Assembly: GCA_950097015.1 (NCBI GenBank)
Contig: CATNEN010000009.1
Span: forward strand, 558,001-622,000
Length of the DNA: 64,000 bases
Reading direction: 5' to 3'
Origin: Macrostomum hystrix
Taxonomy: Eukaryota > Animalia > Platyhelminthes
Made by a program: the position numbers and the translations under genes. Below, one piece after another: positions 41,104 through 54,125 of the stretch (its first letter is position 1; every line of letters starts with the position of its first letter). The notes beneath the pieces are model-generated. The model worked only from the letters and a program-made list of their open reading frames with translations, had not been told where the DNA came from and ran no database searches.

Positions 41104-42893
41104 CTAACCATGAGCATTAACCGAAAAGCCCTCACCGGAGCTCCGCTGCACTTCTCCCATTGGCTGTCGCAAGATGTTGATGAGATCTTCGCCATGCTGA
41201 TACTTGATCTGCGGTATGTCGCTAGCGTCTGCCTCGACCGGCTGGTCGGCGCCAGATGTATCAGCGCGCTGGCGAGTTGGGCGGTTGTTGCCCACGCGAC
41301 TAAGAATGAGGTCGGAAGATGGCTTGAGGCAGTGGGAGGCGCACTGTCCCCAGTTGGTCTGCAGCAGCGCGATGCGGGCGTCGATGCGTAGGTACTGCAG
41401 GATGCTGCGCAGGGCGGTGCGGCGACAAACACCAATCTGCTGCCAGTTGCAGCCGCAGGACTTCATGTCCTTGTCATCGCTGGGGTGTATGGGAACCACC
41501 TGCGGTGATAAGGTTAGGAAACGCTGACATCTGACAGTTCCCTGAAATCTAACAGCTTCCTGACATCTGACTGGCTCCCTGACATCTAAAAGCATTTCTG
41601 ACATCTGACAGCTCCTTGACATCTGAAAGCCTCCCTGAAATCTGTCAGCTCCCTGACATCTGACAGCCTCCCTGGCATCTAAAAGCATTCCTGACATCTG
41701 ACAGCTCCTTGACATCTGACAGCCTCCCTAACATCTGAAAGCCTTCCTGACATCTGACAGCCTCCATGACATCTGACAGACTCCCTAACCTCTGAAAGCC
41801 TCCATGACATCTAACAGCTCCCTGATATCTGACAGTTCCCTGACATCTGACAGCTCCCTGACATCTGACAGCCTCCTTGACATCTAACAGCTCCCTGACA
41901 CCTGACAGTTCCCTGACATCTGACAGCTCCCTGACATCTAACAGCTCCCTGACATCTGACAGTTCCCTGACATCTGACAGCCTCCCTGACATCTGACAGC
42001 TCCCTGACATCTGACAGCCTCCTTGCCATCTGACAGCCTCCTTGACATCTGACAGCCTCCTTGACATCTGACAGCCTCCCTAACATCTGAAAGCCTTCCT
42101 GACATCTGACAGCTCCCTGACATCTGACAGTTCCCTGACATCTGTCAGCTCCCTGACATCAGACAGCCTCCCTGACATCAGACAGCCTCCCTGACATCTG
42201 ACAGCCTCCCTGACATCAGACAGCCTCCCTGACATCAGACAGCCTCCCTGACATCTGACAGTTCCCTGACATCTGTCAGCTCCCTGACATCTGACAGCCT
42301 CCCTGACATCTGACAGCTCCCGGACATCTGACAGTTCCCTGACATCAGACAGCCTCCCTGACATATGTCAGCTCCCTGTTAAAGTTTTGGATTTCTCAGA
42401 TTGGCCCTGAGCACAAGAGCTCCCCCCAGAGCTGTTAGCCGCCGACCTCTAGCGAGCTGTCGCAACCGGCGGTCTGCCAATCGGCCTCGTTTGCAAAGAC
42501 CACCGCGAAGTGGTCGCGAATGCCGTAGTGCTCGAGCAGGGTGTGCAGGAAAGCCACGTTGGTGGCAGAAATGATGATCTGAACGACGCGCTCGCGGTAC
42601 ATCTCGCGCACCGCGTCAATCATGAGGCGGTGCAGCGGCAGGGAGCGGATGAGACTCTCCACGGCCCAGCGGCCGATGCGGAACTCCTGTAGAGATCTCA
42701 TAACCTGGCTCATGTAGAAGGAGCTGCTCCAGCCCAAGGCCTTGTACGACGCATTTAGCGCTTGTCTCCGGTCCGAGGGCAGCAGGCCGGCCACTGTGTT
42801 GTCAATATTGCCCGCAACGATGATTTCGTTCACGTCCCACACCACCAGCCGTGGCGAGCGCCACGGGTCCTTGCTGACTGGGACATGCGACAT
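41104..42893 (-). CDS. PHOSPHO1/PHOSPHO2-like HAD-fold protein with degenerate catalytic motifs
   Basis: Exons 42893-42447 and 41499-41104 (phase 0). Colinear with PHOSPHO2: LVVWDVNEII (cf. LVFDFDNTII), IIISATN (IIISDSN), VFAN (VFTN), SCGC..VCR (SCNRC..LCK), YQHGEDLINIL (WSSGVDIISHL). Confidence 0.75.
41525..42378. repeat. ~19-bp intronic minisatellite (CTGACATCTGACAGC(C)TCC)n
   Basis: Fills intron 41500-42446 and explains the CQGAVR/DVRELS ORFs. Confidence 0.95.
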
Positions 42894-43566
42894 GAGTTTG
42901 ACTAGCTATTCGAGTTTTATTATTTAGTTTGAGTTGGTTGGTTCAGAATTTTACTCGAAGAGCTCTTAATTTATTATTACCAACCATAGAGAGTTAAGCA
43001 CGGTGTATGCAAATAATAGCAGAGCCACCTTGAGAATTTGAAATATGCATATCATATGTTTAATCGAAGTGACCCAATGGTGATTGAATCGGAAAATGCT
43101 TGCATTAATACTGAAATATCTATGGCCGGACCCGTCATGCAGTGTTCAAAAGCAAGTAGTTGATGGAAAAATAAAAGGCTAAATAAATTAATCTCTAAAA
43201 ATGTGACTTTAGTTCTCTGATTAGGAAGGTCCGATGCTGGATTTGTTGCCCATTCGGCTGCTCAAAGTAAGTCTATGGCCCAATATTAAACTGGCATATT
43301 TCGCCAGACCAAAAGAACCAAATTTGCCACTTGGCCTAGTGGGGAATAAATGATCGGATATAAATTATACTAATTGATCTCGAGGCGAGCGAAGCGAGAA
43401 GTATTAATCGATATAATTATCCTCAACTGTTACGACTATTTGCCATAGACAACAGATTCCCGGTTCAGAATGATAATTAAATAAGTTTTCGTAGTTTTTC
43501 AAAACCTAAGAATATATTTGGTACAGTCGGCAGAAAATCTATTTTTTCCCTTATCGCTCTAGTATT

Positions 43567-44640
43567 GCTTTTGCCATTCAATCTCAGTGTTTTGTCATTC
43601 ATACTCAGCACCCATAGAATTAATCCAGCCAGTTGGCGCGGTTTGGCCCATAGACTATCAATCTGTGTAAGCCTTGCAAATACGCTTCAGAACATTGTAT
43701 TTGCATGGCTCACATGATTCGCGTACACGACGAGGCGTCCGTGGATCGATACGGCCCAGGAATGTGAGGAAGAAGTTCGGCGAGCGTTCGCTAGGGAGCG
43801 TGTGCGTGTGGGACAAAGAAACAGCTGCCCCTGTGTTAGCAATCTCCCAGCGTTTCTCCCTCTCTCCCCATTCTGCCTCTGTTGTGCGCGCTGCTTGAAT
43901 TTAAATACACTGGAAGCGAGAGGCAGAGCTTCGCTGCCGCTTTTCATGTGACTCCGGAGTCCACACAGAAACGGGCCTCTGGCCCGTGGAGCGTTTATCT
44001 CTCTGTTGCTGTGACAGAAGGTAACAGGAAGACAAAACTTTCCTGTTATACTCTGTGCCATTCAATCTCGGGTTTTGTCATTCAAACTCAGGCTTTAATG
44101 TGGATAAGGAATGAATAGGTTATTATTCCTCAGCTCGGCTCATGTAACACAGGACCGAAAAACAGACTTGTTAAACTTGTTAAACATAATGCAGTTCATA
44201 CACATTACAAGTCAAACACCTCTAGCATCATGGTGAGGAACATACGGATTTGAGCGGAATTGGTAATGTCTTGGATCAGAACAGTGACTCAGAGAAAAGG
44301 AATTTGCATAATGCACCGTGGATACAGTCGGCTGCAGGCAATCTCCCAGTTCAGAGGCGTCAGAGTGTCCAGTGCAACGTGGCCCAGGCGCTCCATGTAA
44401 GCATATGGCCCATGTACGAGTTGGGCCATGTAAGCAAATGCTATAGAAGAAATTTGTAACTTAGCTGTCTTTGGGAGGACTGCGTTTGAGAGACCGAGCT
44501 TATAAAGCCTGAGTTTGAATAACAAAACCCGAGATTGAATGGCACAGAGCGATAGTCTATGGGCCCAAACCGCGCCAACTGGATCAATTCTATGGGGGCT
44601 GAGTATGAATGACAAAACACTGAGATTGAATGGCAAAAGC
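43567..44640. mobile_element. Non-autonomous inverted-repeat (foldback/MITE-like) element with ~140-bp TIRs; left TIR split by a ~390-bp insertion
   Basis: 43567-43659 is the reverse complement of 44551-44640 with few differences, and 44051-44097 is the reverse complement of 44503-44549 (46/47). Both arms contain CCCATAGACTATC. No TSD was seen. Confidence 0.75.
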
Positions 44641-45282
44641 TATAGTAATGTCAGGAACCAGCATAGAAAGGACCTAAATGAATTTGGATTAATTGGAATT
44701 AGATACTCGTAATTCGAAGTCCAAACGTTGAATTGAGCGAAAAATGTCTACAAACTAGTCCTCATTCCAGCTCATTCTATTTGAATTTTCACGCCTATTC
44801 AAAGGTGCAAAGCTGAGAGAGCAGTAATTGTAGTTCTATGATCCAATGCGTTTTGCTGTGCGGCCCCGCCTCACCACACAGCACGTCAAGACAGCTTAAC
44901 GGTTGAGTGCCTTCTCTCCGAGCTGCAGCACCTTCTATGTGTCTCGTCTGCATCGATGCGTTGCTATAGCGGGCACGGGGCATGACCCAGCAGGTTCTGT
45001 GGGCAGTTGGTGACAGGCAGGTGGGAGGTGCACTCAGGAATGCTATTTTTAGCACCCGCACAGCCTGAGTGCACACTGAGCAAAGGCTTTGTGTGCTAAA
45101 GGCAGCGAACAGACCCCTCCCTGCCCACCCGGCCCCATCAAAAGCCCATTGAAAACTAGCTGCTCTCTACCCAGTGTGCTCAAGAGTGAGATAGGCAAAG
45201 AAGAGAGCAGAGAAACTGTGAAATCTCTTCTTGAAGTTCCCATTGAGTTCTTCAGAGACTCTATAGCGACTGCCACAACGAA

Positions 45283-48200
45283 ATGAGCAGCTGGCGCAGC
45301 GGCGACAGCGGAGACAGTCGGCGAAGCGGTCGAAGCGGAGCTGCCGGCGACATCGACCGGCGGCTGTCCGAGGCACGACTGAAGATGCTGCAGGAGGTGA
45401 GTGGCGCGTCGGGTCACGTTGCATTTTTGAGGGCTGAAGCATGGCAGATTCTTAAAGTTTCTTTCAAACTGAAATGGTAGAAATCAAAGAAATCAATGAG
45501 ACACCCATTTCTATACACAGAAACTGGCCGCAGAAAAGCAGAAGGCGGCGCGGAACAAGTACCGAGAGGTGGCTGGTCGCGACCCAGACAGCGGCCACAT
45601 CGGAGACCTCGACGCTGAGATCCAGCTAGCCCGCCTCCGGCATGCCGATCTGCTCAACCAGATGGAGCGGGAGCGGCAGCTGGCCGAGAAGCTAGCCGAC
45701 CGGCCGCGCCACTCAAGCAACGGCCGCTCGACTCGCCGCTCCGAGGAGAGTCCGAGGGAGCGACGAGGAGGTGAGTTTAGTGATGAGCATCCAGAGTGAT
45801 GAGCATCCAGAGTGATGAGCATCCAGAGTGATGAGCATCCAGAGTGATGAGCATCCAGAGTGATGAGCATCCAGAGTGATGAGCATCCAGAGTGATGAGC
45901 ATCCAGAGTGATGAGCATCCAGAGTGATGAGCATCCAGAGTGATGAGCACCCGTAGCCCCTTTAACTTGTCACCAAAATACGCCCCTTTAACTTGCAGAA
46001 CGGTTCTCTGAGATGATGGAGATGATGATGATGCAGAACTCGCAGGTGCATAACATGATACTCAACCAGATGCTTTTGCGACAGTCTCTGGGTGACTCGG
46101 CGACCTACAGAGCGGCCCCGAGCCAACAGCAGCCGGCCCAGCCTATCTACATTCCCATGCCCATGTTCCCGCCCTATCCGCCCCAGCAACAGCAGCCGCA
46201 GCAGATGTGAGTGCGAAAATTCACCACGCAGATTCATTCAGAGTGCTCAATTCCGAATCCTTAGATTGCCTCCAGTAATGCTCCAACATTATAGAAACAT
46301 CTGAAACAGCCCATTTATTACAACTAGACCACCGCATTCCTCACACCCAGACCAACACATTCCTCACACCCAGACCAACACATTCCTCACACCCAGACCA
46401 GTGCATTCCTCACACCCAGACCACCGCATTCCTCACACCCAGACCACCGCATTCCTCACACCCAGACCACCGCATTCCTCACACCCAGACCACCGCATTC
46501 CTGACACCCAGACCACCGCATTCCTCACACCCAGACCAGCGCATTCCTCACACCCAGACCACCGCATTCCTCACACCCAGACCAGCGCATTCCTCACACC
46601 CAGACCACCGCATTCCTCACACCCAGACCAGCGCATTCCTCACACCCAGACCACCGCATTCCTGACACCCAGACCACCGCATTCCTCACACCCAGACCAG
46701 CGCATTCCTCACACCCAGACCACCGCATTCCTCACACCCAGACCAGCGCATTCCTCACACCCAGACCACCGCATTCCTCACACCCAGACCACCGCATTCC
46801 TCACACCCAGACCACCGGATTCCTCACACCCAGACCACCGCATTCCTCACATCCAGACCAACACATTCCTGACACCCAGACCACCGCATTCCTCACACCC
46901 AGACCACCGCATTCCTGACACCCAGACCTCCGCATTCCTGACACCCAGACCACCGCATTCCTCACATCCAGACCACCGCATTCCTGACACCCAGACCTCC
47001 GCATTCCTGACACCCAGACCACCGCATTCCTCACACCCAGACCACCGCATTCTTGACACCTAAATCGACCCATTTCTATGAAAACAGCACGAAATTCATT
47101 TATGCACTTGAAAACTTTTATTTTAGAGTTGAGTATCGCTCTAAGCCCAGCACACCTGCTCCAGTTGCAAAGGCTGAGGAAGGTAGGATTCTGAGTAAAA
47201 CCCTGCGTCCTGCTATTTTGCTGTGTTTAAACGGATAGCAACATTGTGAAATTGAATTATAAATTACACCTAGTAAATTATTATAATACACATTGGTTCA
47301 TTTTAACAGATCCAATTTCAGCAGCAGCGGCACTGACTAGTTAAGCCTCTAACCCATCACATCCGCGCTCTCCCTGCTCATTTCAGCCAAGCCTGTCGTC
47401 AAAAAAGCCAGCGCGCCCTTTCCGTTTCCGGGAAACGGTGAGTTGTCAGAGCTTTTGCACTCGATAAAACTATTTGGTCGCCTTTGTTCTGAGTATTGAC
47501 CAGCCACGTGTTTCTCACAAAATCCCATCGATTTGCTCTCCCTGTGCAGACAGCCAGCAGAAGCTGAGGCGGCTGGCTTACGCAGCCTTCTTCATCGCCA
47601 CCCTGGACCGCTGGACCAGAGAGGTGAGCCAGATTTCATACCTGAAGGTACACTGCGGCTCGGGCCTCGGTATTCAATTATTTTTCGGCAGGAAAAGCTT
47701 GGCGGGAAAACCGTGGTGCAGAAAAGTCTCGTGAACAGATTTCTGATTTCTGAATTTCTGAAATTTCTGACCAAGGTAGCTCTGTAGCTACCTATTACTC
47801 AGCTTAGTGAATTTATCAAGCAATCAGGAATTCTGCAGAATGCTTGTCAAGGATAAATTTTCTTTAGCTCAGAACCCTATTCCAGACCTCTCGGAAGCTT
47901 AATTGCGATTGAAAGTGCACCTCAACAGCTGCTCCTCTGCCTACAACTGCAGAACAAATTCAGGCCAACAAACGATTTCCTGTTCGAACTGAAGCTCAAG
48001 GAGATCCTGGAGACGCTGCACCGCATCTACAAGGCCCCGGACGGGCAGCTGTACAACATCACCATCACTACCGTGATGGGCACGGAGGCAGATGAGCTCA
48101 CCGAGCTGCTCAACTCGCCGAAGACTCTAAACATTGAGGATGAAAGGTCGCTGACACAGGAGCTGTCCTACTGCATTGAGAATACGGTCTTCCAGATTAC

Positions 48201-49639
48201 GGACATAATGGTGAGTCAGCATAAGTACAGTCACAGTGTTGATGTATCGAGTGAGTATATCTTTCGGGAGCCTTGCTTAAAAAACAATTGCAGCCAGCGA
48301 ATGGCATCCTCGGCACGCACCGGAAGTCCGGCGTCTTTGATATGATGCGCACGGGTAACCTGTATCCAAGAGGCTACTTCTACGACATGGAGAGGGTGCG
48401 TTTCCCGTGCTTTCAGGCATTGGCTAGGGGTTGTTTTTATTGGCAAGAACAGCTCTCATGCCCCGTCTTCCCTGACCTGAATTATATGCAGAGAATGCTC
48501 GACTTAGACGAAGAGGGCCGCACAGCCAAGATCTCGGACGCTGATGGTCGGATGCTGATCATTGGTATGTTCCTCACGCGGGCCCTAGTCGAGACGGTGA
48601 GAGACGCATTGCCCTGTCCGACCTGTTATTTCTTCTTGTTCTTTGCATCATTGTGAGCTCGTTGATCTACTTTGCGCCACTTTGCCTACAAACCCTTCCC
48701 TCCAATCAGCTGTACCTGAAGACCGAGCACTACGGCATGATAGAGGAGACAACACCGAAGGCTGAGCGCAACACAAAGCTTGTGGCCAGCATCCTCATGT
48801 ACATCTACAGGCGGCTGGTCGGCAAGCTCAGCACCATCGATCGGGGTGGAGACATGGAGCGGGCGCCGCTGCCAGTGAGTTCGAGGGCAAAGAAAATAGG
48901 GTCGCGGTGGGTGGTGGAGATGAAAAGGCTCGTTCAGGCTCAAATTCAAACGAAATGAGCTCCGATCTGCGACGAGGCCAAATTCATTTATGGCGCAGTC
49001 CCGAAAAGAAGGGTTGGGGGCTTGTCGTAGTTTACGTCCGATGAGGGCCAAACTACAAACTACACAGTGAAGGTGTACAGTGCCAATAAGAAACCGGGGC
49101 AGATGTACATGCTTGTGCACTCATAACTCAGGGCACAGCGGAATAGACAGTTGCCTCATCGCTGTCTGTCGCCAAATGGCCACGGCCCCTTTGCACTTTC
49201 TTTTTAAGTGCAAAGAAAAAGTCCTCGATCGGCAATTATCCCAGGTGCGTACTCAAAGTTGAACTCGTAGCGTCAGGTTGTGCCTGACTGAAGGTTTTTC
49301 AAGTCAGAAGTCCGTCGCTATTGCTGTTGCTGTCCCGAATCTAACATTTTTCTTGATTTCTGATGCTTCGTATAATCCGCAGAGGGTAGCAATCGTGATA
49401 ATCACGTGTCATGGATAGAACCTTTCTCGATATATATACCTGTTTATACCAATGACCACTCAAACACTCCCCGCTTGTTCAAACAGGAGCTGCCGCCGGA
49501 GATGAGGGAGGTGCTTTACACGGACGCTGAGATCACACCTGTGCTGAAACTTATCAAGAAGAGCCTGGACTATGCCGAGCAGCTGCTGATGCAGTGGTCC
49601 GAGGAGTACATGAGCCGTCTTAGGGAGGCCGCTTTCTAG
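45283..49639 (+). CDS. Uncharacterised coiled-coil protein, C21orf58/DUF4587-like
   Basis: Eleven phase-consistent exons: 45283-45396, 45521-45770, 45999-46206, 47127-47182, 47387-47437, 47550-47623, 47953-48210, 48294-48395, 48492-48596, 48710-48874, 49487-49639. EMMEMMMMQNSQVHNMILNQMLLRQ resembles the DUF4587 motif (recalled, not searched). Confidence 0.7.
45779..45949. repeat. 16-bp intronic minisatellite (TGATGAGCATCCAGAG)n, ~10.5 copies
   Basis: Begins 9 nt after donor 45771. Confidence 0.95.
46326..47060. repeat. 23-bp intronic minisatellite (CATTCCTCACACCCAGACCACCG)n, ~32 copies
   Basis: Direct reading; 23-aa periodic ORF. Confidence 0.95.
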
Positions 49640-49875
49640 TTCTTAATTTCGTATCAATCGGATAATTTCAAAATTTACAGTCGTCTGGCATGACACCGAA
49701 AAACTACGCTAAACATAACCGATGAATTGAATCCATAAAGTTCCTGAAGTCATTATAATTGCTTTGCAACTGAAAGTCAAATATTTAGGCTGGAAATTTT
49801 CATACTCAGTTGGAGGATGGTACAGTTAAAAAATCGAATAAATAAAATTGCACATTTTTTAAGTAAATACGTTGC

Positions 49876-51708
49876 TGTAAAGTATGAAGTCCGCACGAGA
49901 GTAGTTTAGTCAGTGTGGTGCGAAGAAACGCAAGGCCCCAGCTGGCCAAGCATGCGTCCTTTTATTTGAGCAAACCGGGGGGTGGCGCAACTATCAATTG
50001 GCATATCGATGTACTCGTACATATCGCAGGCAGATAATTGGTTGGGCCAATGCACGCGGTTCTAGGCACAGCTAGCATACATTCCGAGCATGCATGTTAG
50101 ATTGGAATATTACATTTCTCCCCAAAAACGGAAAACTCGAAAAGGAAATTAAAAGTTTCGAAGAATATTGCAGGCGTGATCGAGGATGTACGAATGTTAG
50201 GAACTTAAGCCATAGATTGTTTTACTGTTCTACGAGTAAGTTTTCAAAATTTCAAAGTTTGGAACGCTGGTTCAAATTCGGTAGTTGATGGGTTTGTCCT
50301 TTGCGGCTCTGGGGTGAGGCCGCTCCGCGATGCAGCACTCCGGTGAGACTACGGCCGCGGCAGCCTCAGGTGGCGGCTCCTCGGCAACCGTCAGAGGCCG
50401 GATGTGCGTCAGGTGGCGAGTGCAAGTCCGGTCGCCCTGCCGCAGGATGTAGGAGTCGCCCTGCTTGTCCGTGACGGTCCATGGCGTCGAGTTCAAAGGG
50501 CGTCTGCGTCTTGGTGCGTGCCGTCCGCTTGCGCAGAACCGCGGAGCCCGGCTTGACGGTGGCGGCCCGGGGCTCTCCTTGAGCGGTTGAAGCCTGCCGC
50601 CATGCGGTTGTTGTACTCGGCGTGGTACTTTTCCAGCTTTGCTCGCTCGTGCTGCACCGGCTGCGATGGTTGGATTTTCGGGATGCCATCGTTCAACGCT
50701 CTGCCCATGAGCAGCTCAGCGGGCGCCACGCCGGTCGCTGAGTGCGGGGTGACGCGGTGGGCAAGCAGCCAGTCGTCTAGCGCAGCTCGCCAGTTGCGAC
50801 CCTCCGCGATGGCAGCCCTGATGACCTTGTTGATGCGCCTGTTGACTCGTTCTGTCTGGGCGTAGCGCTGTTCGACTGGCGTGAGCGACCGGCTGGCAAA
50901 GGCGACGGGTCTGCGGACCCCTTTGTCTACTTGGCTGAGGATGGCTCCGAGCCCGATAGGCGATGCGTCAACGTGGACTTCTGTTGGAAGGCTGACGTCG
51001 AAGAAGGCCAGGACGCTTTCTTTGCAGATCTCGCTCTTGTTTGCTGAAATGCTTCTTGTTGCTTCGCCGTCCAGCACCATGTCTGACCCTTCTTTAGCAA
51101 CTCTCGCATCGGCTGGGTCAGGTCCGAGAAGTTTGGGACGAACCTGGACAGGTAAGTGGCTAAGCCGAGGAAGGAGCGCAGCTCCGTCACGCTTGTCGGT
51201 TCCTTGAAGTCCTTCAGTGCCTTGATTTTCTCGGCCGCGGGCTGAACACCTCTAGCGCTGATGCGCATCCCGAGGAAGTCAATGAAGCTGGGCTAGTCGA
51301 CACTTGTTCAGCACTCCCCTAGGCCTGATGAGACTGACCAGGCTCAGCATGGGCTTCACCAACGCGTCCGAAATTCTGCAAAGAGTAATGACAAGTGATC
51401 TCAGCCGCCTCCGGGGTGTCCGATGGGCGCACGACGACATCACAGTCTTCGCGAGCACTGTTGAAGAGCACAACAACCGGCTGAGAGAGTGTCGCCAGTC
51501 ATCGTTTCTTGTGGTGCGAAGAAACGCAAGGCCCCAGCTGGCCAAGCATGCGTCCTTTTATTTGAGCAAACCGGGGGGTGGCGCAACTATCAATTGGCAT
51601 ATCGATGTACTCGTACATATCGCAGGCAGATAATTGGTTGCGCCAATGCACGCGGTTCTAGGCACGGCTTGCATACATTCCGAGCACATGTTAGATTGGA
51701 ATATTACA
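49876..51708 (-). mobile_element. Internally deleted and rearranged Gypsy/Ty3 LTR retrotransposon with 5-bp TSD GTTGC
   Basis: GTTGC at 49871-49875 and 51709-51713. LTR 49876-50114 (TGTAA...TTACA) and a truncated second LTR 51510-51708. PPT-like GGGGAGAAA next to the 3' LTR and PBS-like TGGCGAC at 51491-51497 (minus). Minus-strand RT thumb/RNaseH (FLG, LRSFLGL, VDASPIGLGAIL, PVAFASR, YAQTE) is fused to the integrase C-half (ERVNR, HRVTPHSATGVAPAELLMGR). The RT core 51304-51493 is inverted (plus strand). Confidence 0.92.
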
Positions 51709-53984
51709 GTTGCGATTAACTTCCATGGACTTCGATGAATCCCAACGGACAGCCAGGCAGTCATGCGTCGATGGAGAACCGACTGCAAGATGCTGTAGAG
51801 AGTGCCTACCTCAATTTCAAATATACACATTTGGTGAACTGATCGAAGCCGTCAAATGTTCTCACTGGACCTTACCCCGCCGTGCAGCCGGAGCCCGTTA
51901 GAGATAGATAGTTGCATGGAGTCTAGTCTCACAAGGGTTGGTGGCAATACTTCTTTAATTAGAAACTCCCTGGCCCATTAAAAAACTGCTTAATGGGAGC
52001 TTGGCCCTCTGCCTACCAATCTCCAACATCAAGGGCGGGTGTGGCTGGGAGGGTTAGGTTAGCCTGACCCTATCGCCTTGTTGCATGGGACCAACACCTC
52101 TGGATTTTAGCGTTACGATACTCGATCAAGCTCTCCCTTGGCTTACATAAAAAGCTAACTGCACCCCTGCACACAGTCCACAGCTGTTTCACATTCGCCA
52201 GTTGTTTAACGTGAACGTCGCTGAACCGATGGATGACTCCTCGTAATTAAAACTAGCAAATATACGAACATACTTCGAGGAATATTCGTTGGATATTTTC
52301 AGCTCATCGATAAAGCTATGGAAATATTGTTTCTTTCTTCTCTATCTTACTAACGCTCCTCAGTTAGCGTGCCTGAAATGCACTTAGAGCCTTTCATATT
52401 GCTATTCCAGATTCTGGTTGATTCTGATTCTGGAGTCCAGAATCGGTTCTGAATTTCCAGGAAAAAGCAGTTGACGTCTGTTCTTTTACGCACCTGGTAA
52501 TTGTAATCGAAACCTTAATAAATATATTTTAAGCAAACCTCTTATTGTCATTAGTATTTACTTACTTTTTGGATTTGTTTTTTCGTTCTAAAGTGCTGTA
52601 ACCCTATGCTGCTCTACTTCCTGGAATTTCAGGTTCAATTTTATTCTAGTTCTGCTGTACTATGAAACGGCTCTCTTAGTCTTAGTCTCAAGAAGCTAGA
52701 GAATATTGTATTTATAAAAATCTAGTCAATTTAAACAACAGACCTGCTTTGCAACATTTTCTAAAAACATGAAGTATGTAACTTAGTGACTTGCAACTAA
52801 AGTAAACTAATTTATCCCTTTTGGTTTTAAAACTATAAACTTGGGAATATAACTATTGATCATTCAGAAAAAAAACTTTTATATTTTACATACTAGGCCT
52901 ATTATAAGTAATACTTTCTTAAACCTTAGACTTTCTATATAATATATTCAAGTTCAAGTGGTAGCATTATGTATTTATTGAGGTAGTATTATGTATTCAA
53001 TATTTCAATATAGCATTACGACTGATGTATGCAATATTGCCAATATCTTTCTAGGACTTGCTATCATTTATTATTGTATTTCATTCCATAATCACTCTTT
53101 ATCACTCTTCAGTCCATCTTTAGGCATTTCCAATGGATCTAGGGTTATAGCTAGGCCTAGCTCTTTCTTTCTCTTGTCAATTATTTCCTCTTTTTTAATA
53201 CTAGGCTATCCTATTTCTAAATAACTTGTAAGCCTAAAACAAACAATTAACAATTAACAATCCATAGTCAGGAAGGTGGCACAGCATGCGCCAGAATAAA
53301 TTTTGGAGGGACAATCTGTGCGCCATCTATGCGCTGTTTCTATCCCCTAACCCCGACCCTTCATAGAAACCTGACCCTGACCCTCACTAGGAGCCTTTGT
53401 GTATACCCTGATTATGTGCCAAGTGCACTAGGGCCCTTCATATGTCCTTCATACCCCTTATATGCACCACACTTATGCACAAAAATGTGTGCCAAGACCC
53501 TTTGTGTGCGCCACACTTGTGCGCTAGGCCTAATGTGTGCCAAGACCCTTGGCATACTGTGTGCGCAGTAATTTTACCCCTCAGAGGCCACTTCCTGACT
53601 ATGGTAACAATAATATGTTTTCAAACAAAGAAATGAATTATTCATTAGGGGCCAAAACATAATATTATAGTTGTCCTAGGCCTCTGTCTATATTCAATAT
53701 TACTCCTAACAATGCCACCAAAGTTGTTGTAGGGCTAAATTAATTCTACTGCTGTCACCAAAGTTGTTACAGGCCTTTTATACTTTTGTCAATCTTATGA
53801 ATGTCTTTTAATTATTCGCTTTATCTCAATTCAAATTGGTAGCGTTTATGTATTCAAGTATGGTAGCGTTATGTATTCAATCTGGTAGCGTTTACAATAT
53901 GGCCGGTATTTATCTCCTTTATTTGTTTACTTATAACTTTTTCTATATCAGTCTTTATTCGTCTTTATCACTCTTCAATTACTC

Positions 53985-54125
53985 TTCAATTTCAGTCTTA
54001 AATTCAATCTTTAATTCAATCTTTAATTCAGTCTTTCATTCAGTCTTCAATTCAGTCTTCAGTTTTAGTCTTTCATTCAGTCTTCAATTCAACCTTCAGT
54101 TCAGTCTTTCAGTTTCAATCTTCAG
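53985..54125. repeat. Degenerate 12-bp repeat (TTCAATCTTTAA/TTCAGTCTTCAA)
   Basis: Direct reading. Confidence 0.75.

Noticed and set aside
51911-52088. 9-bp direct repeat GTTGCATGG flanking 160 bp with a small hairpin
   Set aside because: No TIRs or tail; a 9-mer match could be chance.
53870-53920. HIVNATRL on the minus strand resembling KilA-N 'YINATKL'
   Set aside because: Too short, surrounded by stops, and in the wrong position relative to the coiled-coil-like repeat.
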